Source: a virus
Reading direction: 5' to 3' (one strand)
Virus record (IMG/VR): IMGVR_UViG_3300042566_000678
Coordinates: 1 to 64,000 of that record
Length of the DNA stretch: 64,000 nt
Under the pieces are notes generated by a model, which was not told the origin of the DNA, did no database searches, and was given only the letters and a program-made list of their open reading frames with translations. Position numbers and translations under genes: made by a program. Positions 8,213 through 17,633 of the stretch are shown piece after piece (the first letter of the stretch is position 1; each line of letters starts with the position of its first letter).

Positions 8213-10057
8213 TTATTCGATTATATTTTGCTCATCCATCATACTCTTACCTTCCATTATCACCTTTGCTCCACCCGATTTCAAAGTTTTTTTGATTGAT
8301 TTGATGAAATTTTCATTACTTCTACTCAATTTCCTCAACTCCTTATCACCTAACGCATCTCTACCATACATATGGTCATCTTTACCCATACGATTTACAT
8401 GACGAGGTCTACCTGCTGCTTTTACTGATTCGTTTGGTGTTTGTCCTAACTTTGATTTTAAATCTTGTATAGTCTTTTCAACATCCAATGGTTCACCTGT
8501 TGGGAACTCATCTTCTTCTGGTTGGTCTTCTGTTGGTTGTTCTTCACCACCCATTTCAGGTTGTCCACCCATCATTCCACCTTGCTCTTGTTGTCCTTCT
8601 GGCTTTCCAGTTGTTTCTAAATTAGTTAATACAAATAGATTTTTAGCATCTTTAATTAAACCTTCTTTCATATCTTCAACATCATCATCGCTGAAATTGA
8701 ATACATTTTTGTAAACCCAATCTTTAGAAATCAATTTTAAATCGCCCATCGTTCTAGCCAAATCTACTTTAGATGACCATAATTCAATTTTAGATTGCTC
8801 ATAAATTGTGTATGGGATAGTCAATGATAATTCAAAATCAGTTAATTGTTCATCCTCAATACCTTGTGAGTATAAGTGAATGATTGCTATCTTTTCTAAT
8901 TCAGATGTTACAATTCTTTGAACTCTTTCAATAGTTTTGGCAAATCTCATATCCATAGCTGCTAATGTAGCTTTAGAATTACCATCCTCCAAAAATCCTA
9001 AATGTTGTTTTGGTATTTTTAATGCCGCAAACATTTTATCTTTTAAGTAGTTAATATCATCAATAGGAGCATACTCTAAACCATCTAAATTAGAGATTTC
9101 AGTACCACTATCACTACCACGAACTGGCAGATAGAAATCTTCCATCAAGTTTTGGATATTATACTTTAAGTTGTACTCACCAGTATCTGCGTTGATAATA
9201 GGTGCTTTCTTTGATTTGTTGATAATACGTTGAATGTAGTTATCAATCTCATTTGTAGGAATATTACCCACATCAATTTTGTAGATACGTTTTTGTGGTG
9301 CTCTACTGATACGGTGTATAATCATCGCATCTTCCATCAAAGTAATTTGCTTCCACAATCTTCTTGCACTCTCTAACATTGATTTACCATAAGGTAAAAA
9401 GTTAGTATCAGTCAACATACGAAAGTGAGCAATCTCATAGTTTTCGTATTCTGTTTTTTGTCCAGCTACATAAAGTGATTTAGTTGCTAATGGAGTGTGT
9501 ACAAACTTAACTGATTGCCAATTGTTTGGGTCATATCCTTCAACACGAGTAATTTCATAAACTGAAAGTGGTTGTATTCCTACAACACCCAACTCTTCTG
9601 CAATTTCAATATGTAAAAAATGGTCACCATATTTAACCAAACTTCTTACCCAAGGGAATAAGTTGAACTCAACGTTTATAATATCATAGAATAAGTTTTC
9701 TAATATAGATTTTATTTGTTCGTTGTTTGTTCTAACTTCTAATACTTTTCCGTACTCGTTTTTAGATGTAGATTCTTCTGCGTAAATATCTAATGCGGCA
9801 CCAATAATTGGGTCAGCATCCATAGCATCATAATCTCTAAAAAGTTCTTGACGGATTTGTTGGTATGCAAGATAATTCTCATAGGTATTATTCATAGCCG
9901 ATGAGTGTAATCTCATATATCTATCACGTAGATTAGTTGCAATTGATTGAGTTTCATCGTAATCAATTACCTTTAACTTATTCCCCTGCTTTCTTACGAT
10001 TACCGATGTAGAGAATAGTTTGTTTAACCTACCAAAAAATGATTTATCTGTTGCCAT
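8213..10057 (-). CDS. portal protein (T4 gp20-like)
   Basis: LMEDAMIIHRISRAPQKRIYKIDVGNIP, MEDFYLPVRG..GTEI..L.G and ALKIP motifs. Confidence 0.95.
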   Translation of the reverse strand: MATDKSFFGRLNKLFSTSVIVRKQGNKLKVIDYDETQSIATNLRDRYMRLHSSAMNNTYENYLAYQQIRQELFRDYDAMDADPIIGAALDIYAEESTSKNEYGKVLEVRTNNEQIKSILENLFYDIINVEFNLFPWVRSLVKYGDHFLHIEIAEELGVVGIQPLSVYEITRVEGYDPNNWQSVKFVHTPLATKSLYVAGQKTEYENYEIAHFRMLTDTNFLPYGKSMLESARRLWKQITLMEDAMIIHRISRAPQKRIYKIDVGNIPTNEIDNYIQRIINKSKKAPIINADTGEYNLKYNIQNLMEDFYLPVRGSDSGTEISNLDGLEYAPIDDINYLKDKMFAALKIPKQHLGFLEDGNSKATLAAMDMRFAKTIERVQRIVTSELEKIAIIHLYSQGIEDEQLTDFELSLTIPYTIYEQSKIELWSSKVDLARTMGDLKLISKDWVYKNVFNFSDDDVEDMKEGLIKDAKNLFVLTNLETTGKPEGQQEQGGMMGGQPEMGGEEQPTEDQPEEDEFPTGEPLDVEKTIQDLKSKLGQTPNESVKAAGRPRHVNRMGKDDHMYGRDALGDKELRKLSRSNENFIKSIKKTLKSGGAKVIMEGKSMMDEQNIIE

Positions 10058-10102
10058 TTAGCTTTCTGTTTGTTTAATTATATAACCTTTATTATTTTTA
10101 TT

Positions 10103-10609
10103 TTACCACTTTCTGCAAGACCAATATCTTGCTTTGTGTCTTGGACCGGGTTGGTCACAATTGTGTCTTGCTCTAAAAGACCTTCTTGCATCAGGATTAG
10201 ATTTTCTTATTCTCATTGTTTTTTCACCTTTAGATGCTGCTGATGTACCACCATGTCCAAAGTTTACTTTAACAACATTACCTGCTGGATTTTTTACATA
10301 TACTTTAAACTTTTTAACATCACCTCTCATTGGTTTACCCAATTTAACATCTCTACCTTGATATTCTGCTTCAAATACACAATTACAATTGGCTTCATCT
10401 AATGTATTTTTATATGCTTTTAAGAAAGCAATAAAATCATCAATATCTTCCTCTTCTACATCCAACTCATCGTAATCATCATCCTCAATAGCTTCGTTTG
10501 AATTTGGTACACAATTAGGAACTTCCTTTCCGTTCTTCATTTTCATACCAATTTGCTTATATCCATCCCAACAAGGAGAGTTTTCTTTAAGTAAATCCCG
10601 TAGTTTCAT
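10103..10609 (-). CDS. modular putative internal head protein (CWxGY module + DUF6321-like module)
   Basis: Start moved to ATG 10609 (MKLRDLLKE); CWDGYKQIGMKMKNGKEVPNCVP and EAEYQGR..KKFKVYV..VNFG..RRSFRARHNC..ARYWSCRKW. Confidence 0.6.
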   Translation of the reverse strand: MKLRDLLKENSPCWDGYKQIGMKMKNGKEVPNCVPNSNEAIEDDDYDELDVEEEDIDDFIAFLKAYKNTLDEANCNCVFEAEYQGRDVKLGKPMRGDVKKFKVYVKNPAGNVVKVNFGHGGTSAASKGEKTMRIRKSNPDARRSFRARHNCDQPGPRHKARYWSCRKW

Positions 10610-10662
10610 ATTAGTATTATTAAATCTATACAATATATAAATATAACAAAATTGAGTTTAAC

Positions 10663-12258
10663 CTATCGTAACAACCATCTTAAATCTTCAAACTCATCAC
10701 CATGCCCAGTTTGCATTTTGTATGGGTCATCACCAAACATACCAGGTGTGTATAAACTATCATGCGATGTTTGAACAAACCCCTCAATAGAACGTCTTGT
10801 CAAATCAATTCCTTCTTGTCTTAAACGTAATGCGGTATCTCTAATCCACAATCCCATACCCAATGCCATCACCAAGTCATCATTGTAACCTCTTGCCGCT
10901 TCCGCTCTACCATTATTCCAAATAAATGTAAAGAACTCATCAATTGTTCTCTTACTATGAATAATAACACTCATATCTCTCATATAAGTGTCTATCTTTG
11001 ATATTACCAACGGGCGGGTTTTAGATGATATACTAAAGCCAGGAACCATTTGCTTTTCATCTCTGTAAAACTTATTAGTAAATTGAGTATCAATATCTAC
11101 ATATTTAATATCTCTGTTAGACCAGAATAAATTTTTGTAGTTTCTATCTAAACATTGTTGGATAGTTGTCCAACCAATTGATGCATTATCAATGATTAGT
11201 AAAGCATCGTTATATTCAGTTGCTAAATTGATTAGGAAATTACCAAAATCTTTTGGTTCAATTTTACCTCTATATTCAGCAACTTGCTCACAACTCTCTG
11301 CTTCTATAACATGGGCAGTAGAATAATCTTCCCCATCTCCCCTTGCAACGTCAGCCGTAACTATATAACTCTTTGTATAATTTACATCTTCCCAAACCCA
11401 TAAGTTATTATCAAACCCACGCTTATACATTGGGTCTTTAACATATGCTTCTATGTACTTTGTTAAAATTTCTGGTTGAATTACCGTTGCTCCAGAACTG
11501 ATAAAGTCACAATCACATTCCTGTGCTGCTCCCTTTGGTCCTAATTGCTTTTCCTGCTCCTCTCTCCAACTATTATCTCTTTCAGGGTGAACCGTCCAAT
11601 GGAGTTTAATTGGATGAAATAAATTCTCACCATTTTCTGCTTTTACCCAAGTTTGGTGAAACCAATTACCAATACCATTTGGTGTAGATAATGCTATACA
11701 CGCACCACCCGTTGATAGAGTAGATTGTGCCGATGTCCAAATCTCTTCAATGTAATCAATAAAGGCTGCCTCATCAAATACCAATAGTGATAAGGCTTCC
11801 GAACGTCCTGCATCTGGTTTGGATGAAATTGCTTTGATTTGAGAACCATTCTTTAATCTTAAAGATAGTTTGTTATCTTCAGACTCTTGTACCCTTAACC
11901 ATACTGGTAAGAATTGGTTCATTACTCTCACCTTTAATACCAAGTTTTTTGCAACTTCTTGCTTTGTTGCAATAACCAACACGTTATAATCTTCGTTGAA
12001 TATCATACACCATAGTGCATAACCCGCAACTAATGTAGATATACCTAATTGGCGTGATTTTAGAACAACATTAAAACGATTATCTTTAAAATCGTTTAAT
12101 ACTCCTTCTTGAAAATCATATAAATCGAATGGTATTTTCCCACGAACTGGGTGTTGGATTTTACAAAACTTACGCATGAAATAGACGGGGTCTTTTGCAC
12201 AACGTTTGTATTGTTCTTTTACTGCATCTTGCAGAGATTTTGTTTGATTTACGGCCAT
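10663..12258 (-). CDS. terL: terminase large subunit (gp17-like)
   Basis: LYDFQ, KSRQLGIST (Walker A), LLVFDEAAF (Walker B), STPNG, DVARG.G.DYS, NDDLVMA. Confidence 0.96.
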   Translation of the reverse strand: MAVNQTKSLQDAVKEQYKRCAKDPVYFMRKFCKIQHPVRGKIPFDLYDFQEGVLNDFKDNRFNVVLKSRQLGISTLVAGYALWCMIFNEDYNVLVIATKQEVAKNLVLKVRVMNQFLPVWLRVQESEDNKLSLRLKNGSQIKAISSKPDAGRSEALSLLVFDEAAFIDYIEEIWTSAQSTLSTGGACIALSTPNGIGNWFHQTWVKAENGENLFHPIKLHWTVHPERDNSWREEQEKQLGPKGAAQECDCDFISSGATVIQPEILTKYIEAYVKDPMYKRGFDNNLWVWEDVNYTKSYIVTADVARGDGEDYSTAHVIEAESCEQVAEYRGKIEPKDFGNFLINLATEYNDALLIIDNASIGWTTIQQCLDRNYKNLFWSNRDIKYVDIDTQFTNKFYRDEKQMVPGFSISSKTRPLVISKIDTYMRDMSVIIHSKRTIDEFFTFIWNNGRAEAARGYNDDLVMALGMGLWIRDTALRLRQEGIDLTRRSIEGFVQTSHDSLYTPGMFGDDPYKMQTGHGDEFEDLRWLLR

Positions 12259-12271
12259 AATGCCTTACCTA

Positions 12272-12931
12272 TTATTTAATACGGATTTTCCAATATACAC
12301 CACCACCTATGTATGGAACTACCTGATTTCCACCATTGGTTGATTGCTGATTGGATATACCAAGATTTAATTGGTATAATTTATCTGTTTTTGTTTTTAG
12401 GATTACACCTGTACCAATTGAATTGCCGAAATTTACCTTATCTAATGCTCCGTTTATACCAACATATACTTGATTTTTAGGTAGTTCTTTTACTATCTTT
12501 GTATCAGTAATAGTTCGTTCTTTAATCGTAGCGTTCCACTTTCTACCTAATATTTTATTTTGGTATAAAGTATCTGTAAGTTCAATCATTCCCAAATCAT
12601 TATCTAAAACTAATTTATCTTTATACAAAACCTTTTGGTTATACGATTGAACTATTCTAATTGTATCTCCTTTTGTGTATACGGGAACTTCTATTTTTTT
12701 TTCTTTTTCAACAATTGTTTCGTGGTAAATATCTTTACCTCTAACATATTTTATTTTGGTGTGGTCTATTATTACAGTATCAATTTTGTGTTTTAACAAC
12801 TCGTAGTTTTTTCCATCTACATTTATAGTTTCACCTACTTTACCATCGCCTTTAGTACATTTGTACCATACGATTCCAGCAGTTGCAAAAATCACAATCC
12901 ATTTGATATTATTCTGTAAAAACTTTAGCAT
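12272..12931 (-). CDS. membrane-anchored exported protein with C-terminal amphipathic beta strands (spanin-like candidate)
   Basis: N-terminal hydrophobic segment ending ..WYKC; C-terminus YIGGGVYWKI; paralog of 57053-57691. Confidence 0.5.
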   Translation of the reverse strand: MLKFLQNNIKWIVIFATAGIVWYKCTKGDGKVGETINVDGKNYELLKHKIDTVIIDHTKIKYVRGKDIYHETIVEKEKKIEVPVYTKGDTIRIVQSYNQKVLYKDKLVLDNDLGMIELTDTLYQNKILGRKWNATIKERTITDTKIVKELPKNQVYVGINGALDKVNFGNSIGTGVILKTKTDKLYQLNLGISNQQSTNGGNQVVPYIGGGVYWKIRIK

Positions 12932-13547
12932 AATCTTCTTTTATTATTTCCCAGCTATCATCTTTTATTTTCTGATAACCAGATATGTTTTCTTCGGCTT
13001 CTGCAATATCATTTTTGATATTACTTTTTAACTCTTCCAAATCACCATCGTATGACCACTTTTCAGTTGTACCATCCGAGTTGGCAAATATATGTTCTTT
13101 ACTTGCATCTACTAATGCTTCGTTGAACTTTTTAATTAAATCTTTTAAAAACTCAATTTCGTAAGATGCAATTTTCCACTTTTCGTATTCGTTCCAATTA
13201 CCTTTTACTCTGAATGTTTGTTCTTTTTCAGCTAAACAATCTATACAGTAACCAGTCTTACGAATAAATTGTAAATGTTTTTGAGTTTTCTTAACTGTTC
13301 TACAATTTTTACTTTTACAAGTAGATAATGATTGTATGTATTCCCTAATTCCATCGAATTTAGATTTAACAATCTTATATCCCTTTTCTTGTACCCAAGT
13401 TACACCATCACTATCCGTCCACTCTTCACCAACTGCTCTATCCTGCTTTGTAGTAGACCAACCATGTGTGTTTGTTCCACCATTATCTCTGTTAAAAGCT
13501 ATATCCAAAATCTTTTTTCTGGATGGGTGCATATATTTCTTACTCAT
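12909..13547 (-). CDS. hypothetical protein with Cys motifs
   Basis: GEEWTDSDGVTWVQ, CKSKNC..CIDC; 212 aa. Confidence 0.6.
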   Translation of the reverse strand: MSKKYMHPSRKKILDIAFNRDNGGTNTHGWSTTKQDRAVGEEWTDSDGVTWVQEKGYKIVKSKFDGIREYIQSLSTCKSKNCRTVKKTQKHLQFIRKTGYCIDCLAEKEQTFRVKGNWNEYEKWKIASYEIEFLKDLIKKFNEALVDASKEHIFANSDGTTEKWSYDGDLEELKSNIKNDIAEAEENISGYQKIKDDSWEIIKEDYAKVFTE

Positions 13548-13595
13548 ATAACTTATTGTTTTGTTTTATATATATAAATATATAGTTTTTATATT

Positions 13596-16500
13596 TTAGT
13601 AAAATATTCCTAACAATTGATTTAATGAAGCAAATGCTCCAGTCATCTTAAATACATTACCTTTGTATGTGAATATAATTCCTTCATTTGGAACTATCTT
13701 TTCAAATCCACCAATTGAATTTAATCTTTCTAATTCCAATTTCATTTTTTCAATTTGAGCGGGTGTACCTTCTGCTTTTATTTTATCTATCGTAGAGTCT
13801 AATCTTTTACGGATTGCTTGTAGTGCTTCATTTGGAGATGCAGTCAATACTGATTGCATAAATTGTAAAACTTCTGCGCCTACACCTAAAAATATTTCTT
13901 CAAATTTCATTAGGTTTTCCTTTGCAATCTTATCCTTACTTTGTTTTTCAATACCATCAGCCCAAGCTCTAGCTTTTTCATCACCAATTAAATTGATTCG
14001 GAATGATTTATCACCAAACGCCCATCTTTTTGTTAAACCTTCGATTTCCAATGATGTTAAACCTTTAGAACCTTTTTGTATATAAGTTTTCCACCACGCT
14101 TGATGGTAATCTGCTACTCCAGCATTATCTGGCAAAGTAAACTCACCTTGTAATTTAGATATTTTTGCAAGGAATTTACTTTTCTGTGAGCTTAAATTTT
14201 CACTCTTTGGTAATTTAACAATTGGTGGGCCTTGTATTGTATATTTAGATTGGATATGTGCATTTACTTGCTTTATCATACCGGCCAATATACTTTCAGC
14301 TCCTTTTATTTGTCCAATAGCGTTTCCGGCTTCGTTGTATTCTACTGCGTTGTGAAATACTAACAATGCTTGCCCATAAGGAATAACATTTACAGATGTT
14401 GGATAAATAACCTCTAAATTCATAAATGCTTTACCATTCATAAAGATTTTATCTTTTTGTGCTTGCGATAATCCTCTAATAGCACTTTCCAAATCTTTCA
14501 TAGCAAAGTTGTATGCATCACTCAATGCTCCTCTACCAGCAAATTTTGAAGCCATACCAGAAGCATCCAATGCATTTTCCCCAGCATTTGCCAAATGCCC
14601 TTTGTTTCTTGCTGCAATTAATCTACCATTTTTCCAACTGATTGCTAATGCCTGTCCATCCGTTTTTTCTCTAACTACACCCAACTCACCATCCAATGCT
14701 TTACTAACAATAGTTTTTAAATCTTTAAATGTTAGGTTTATATCAGTATCAAATGGATGATTCATATGTCCATAAGCACCACCTTCCATTAACAAACTTT
14801 CGTTTACAGATTTTGTTTTCTTTTTGTATGGTTCGTATCCACGATTTTGAGTATCTTTTGTATCAGTTTGATGGCCTGGTTGCTTTTCTCTATTATCATC
14901 ATCAAAATCTATCGTATCAAACTCCGGTTCATATCCGTAATCCGGTGTATATGATGAACTCTTATGGTGTTTATTAAAGTTAGCATCTGCTGTACCAACT
15001 GGTTCGTGATTTTTACTAGTAATTGCTTCACCAAACGCACTATGTTTAACTTTATACCAACCGCCGCCGGGTGTTGTAAATAATCTTGCTGGTATTCTAA
15101 ATGTAGAACCTATTGGTAATTTACTGAAATACTTACTATCTATGTGAACCACTTTTGTCACAAACTCTCTAGTCTTGTTATCGGCACCAATCAATTCAAC
15201 CTCAATCTTTACAGGTTGTCCACCTATTTTGATTGTTCCACCAAATATGCCCTTTGTTATTTCATTTAATTTATCTTCTACTTGATAAACAGGTGTTGAT
15301 GATTTGAAATCATCTTTTCTCATTATAGTTTTAGCAATCAATTTGTTTGCTTGAACCATAAATGGAATGTTAATACCAGTTCGTTTATCCTTTACTACAA
15401 ATTCATTGTATTGTTTGATAAACTCTAAAAACTTTTTCTTATTCTTTGCTAATCTTTTAAAGAAACCAGTTAGTTCTGCTGGTGATATTTCTTTACCATT
15501 ACGAGGGTCATTCAATCTTTGGAAAAAATGGTCTGTTTCTTTTCCTAATACAACATCTTCAGGTGATAATTGAGAGTCAGCGTATTTTTCTACCTTATCC
15601 ATATCAACCTTTGCCATTTCTTTTAATTCATTTGGGTTTGTAGTTTCCCAATCTGTTTCACTAACCTTGCCACTTTCCTTGTCTTTATTATATCCATCAA
15701 CCGCTTTTGCCCAAACCGCTGGTGGTATAGCTCCATTCATTATATTATCGGCAAGTTGTAATGTAAAGTATTCAATGTAAGTTTCATCTGTAATGTTTTC
15801 TGCACCGGCATTTAATACTGCCTTACCAATACCCATAGTTGCAACTTCCACTGCCATATGTTCCGCAAGGTGTAAACCTACACCTGCCAACAATTTAGCA
15901 GGTCCTACTGCAAGTGAAGCAACACCCCCCGTCAATAACATACTACCAACAGTCAAACCTACTGTTTTAGCAATACCAATCATTGCTTTCTTTTGTTTTT
16001 CATCTGGTTTTTTACCAGAGAAAACTGCTTTAAATCCTTCCCCTGCTTCTTTTATTTCGTGCCCTAAATGTTTTGCTTCTCTAACTACACCCTTTACAAT
16101 ACCTTTTGCTTTATCAGCCATCCACTGTCCAACACTACGTCTTTCTTCAGATTGAGGCTTATGTGCTCCTTTGAAAAAATCTTTTTCCTTTTCACTCCAA
16201 TTTTTTATTTTTTGGCCCACTGCTCTTAATACCGCTTTTGGATTTGATACTGCCGTTTTAGCAACCTTTGTTGCGGATGCTTGCGAATCTTTTTCTCCAC
16301 TTTTTGCAACTGATGGTGATTGTACTTTTTGTTTAACCTTTTGTAATTTTTGCTTATCCGAGCCACCGGCTTTTGCAACCAACATCATTGCAGCTTTGTA
16401 AGCAGGATGGTCTCGTTTATAGTTCAATGCGGAACTTACTTTAATATCTTCACCCGTATCTGGGTTTTTTACTAACTGATTTAGGATTTGTGGAGAATAC

Positions 16501-17615
16501 CCACTACCCTTTACGGATGCTTCTTTTACAATGCTCTCACCATAACCAGTATATAAACCCAAATTAACTTGGTTTACTTTATCACTCTTTGGTGATGATT
16601 GTCCCTTTTCTATGTTACCCGGTACTTGTCTTTGTTTCATCAAAGCATGAGTATGTAATACACGCATTGCTTCTTGGTATGCAAATTCTTTTCTATCCAA
16701 TTTAATAGCATCTTTGATACGGTATTTCTTACCAGTTGCCTGGTCAGCAATTTCCATATTCATTATGTTTTCCCAACCTACCGCATCTGGTTCATAATCA
16801 ATATCACCTTCAATGGTCATTAACTTATCGTAGTATTTAGGGTCTTCGAATATATGGTCTCTTGCAATCTCTGCTGCTACTCTCATATCGGTAGTGTGTT
16901 CCATTTCCACATTCACACCCTTCTTAAACTCTTTCTTTATAGTATCTAAATCTACTTTGTGTTTATCTGCTATTTGAGCCAATGTCATACCTTTAGATAA
17001 TCCACCCGGTATAAACTCCTTTGCTTCGTTTAATTCTTTATTTAACATTTGGAATATATCTTTATTGTATTTACCAAAAAACTTTTGGAATTGCTTTTCC
17101 TTTTCGTCTGCTGATAAATTACTACGAAACATATTTCTTACATCGGTTGCACCAAATGAGTTTGATGGAGTTTTAGAATATACATAACCTCTTGTCATAT
17201 AACCTTCCATATCCTTATCATTTTTGTAAGGTTTAAAGTATTGTCCACCCAATCTCATTGCATCCTTTTCACCCAATGCTATAATAAGAGCAGTAGTGGT
17301 TGAATCAAAATCACGTAAGATTTCTACTGGTTGGTATGGGGATTTTACTTGAATGAACTTTGATGGTGGGATACCAAACACTTTAACTGCAATATCACGT
17401 TTCTCATTAAAAGAAAGTGGTGATTTATTTGAATCTTGCACATTTGATGTTGCAATATAAACATTCTTTGCTCCAAATACCGAACAAAGGTGTTTGTATG
17501 TTTTATAGTGACCAGCGTGAAATGGTTGAAATCTTCCACCATATACTACCATCTTTTCTTTTACTGCTTCGGTTAGCAAGAAAGTTTCCACTAAATAGTT
17601 TGATAATTCATTCAT
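13596..17615 (-). CDS. 1339-aa polyvalent protein: HIGH nucleotidyltransferase + DUF5661-like + hydrophobic segment + putative RNase + ligase-like domain
   Basis: GGRFQPFHAGH; GVNVEMEHT..IARDHIFEDPKYY; HFFQRLNDPRN; EGGAYGHMNHPFD..EKTDG..EGIIF..FKMTG. Confidence 0.7.
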   Translation of the reverse strand: MNELSNYLVETFLLTEAVKEKMVVYGGRFQPFHAGHYKTYKHLCSVFGAKNVYIATSNVQDSNKSPLSFNEKRDIAVKVFGIPPSKFIQVKSPYQPVEILRDFDSTTTALIIALGEKDAMRLGGQYFKPYKNDKDMEGYMTRGYVYSKTPSNSFGATDVRNMFRSNLSADEKEKQFQKFFGKYNKDIFQMLNKELNEAKEFIPGGLSKGMTLAQIADKHKVDLDTIKKEFKKGVNVEMEHTTDMRVAAEIARDHIFEDPKYYDKLMTIEGDIDYEPDAVGWENIMNMEIADQATGKKYRIKDAIKLDRKEFAYQEAMRVLHTHALMKQRQVPGNIEKGQSSPKSDKVNQVNLGLYTGYGESIVKEASVKGSGYSPQILNQLVKNPDTGEDIKVSSALNYKRDHPAYKAAMMLVAKAGGSDKQKLQKVKQKVQSPSVAKSGEKDSQASATKVAKTAVSNPKAVLRAVGQKIKNWSEKEKDFFKGAHKPQSEERRSVGQWMADKAKGIVKGVVREAKHLGHEIKEAGEGFKAVFSGKKPDEKQKKAMIGIAKTVGLTVGSMLLTGGVASLAVGPAKLLAGVGLHLAEHMAVEVATMGIGKAVLNAGAENITDETYIEYFTLQLADNIMNGAIPPAVWAKAVDGYNKDKESGKVSETDWETTNPNELKEMAKVDMDKVEKYADSQLSPEDVVLGKETDHFFQRLNDPRNGKEISPAELTGFFKRLAKNKKKFLEFIKQYNEFVVKDKRTGINIPFMVQANKLIAKTIMRKDDFKSSTPVYQVEDKLNEITKGIFGGTIKIGGQPVKIEVELIGADNKTREFVTKVVHIDSKYFSKLPIGSTFRIPARLFTTPGGGWYKVKHSAFGEAITSKNHEPVGTADANFNKHHKSSSYTPDYGYEPEFDTIDFDDDNREKQPGHQTDTKDTQNRGYEPYKKKTKSVNESLLMEGGAYGHMNHPFDTDINLTFKDLKTIVSKALDGELGVVREKTDGQALAISWKNGRLIAARNKGHLANAGENALDASGMASKFAGRGALSDAYNFAMKDLESAIRGLSQAQKDKIFMNGKAFMNLEVIYPTSVNVIPYGQALLVFHNAVEYNEAGNAIGQIKGAESILAGMIKQVNAHIQSKYTIQGPPIVKLPKSENLSSQKSKFLAKISKLQGEFTLPDNAGVADYHQAWWKTYIQKGSKGLTSLEIEGLTKRWAFGDKSFRINLIGDEKARAWADGIEKQSKDKIAKENLMKFEEIFLGVGAEVLQFMQSVLTASPNEALQAIRKRLDSTIDKIKAEGTPAQIEKMKLELERLNSIGGFEKIVPNEGIIFTYKGNVFKMTGAFASLNQLLGIFY

Positions 17616-17633
17616 ATACTATAAATATATATT

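Noticed and set aside
8213-12258. Introns or inteins in portal or TerL
   Set aside because: Both ORFs are continuous, of ordinary length, and lack intein or homing-nuclease motifs.
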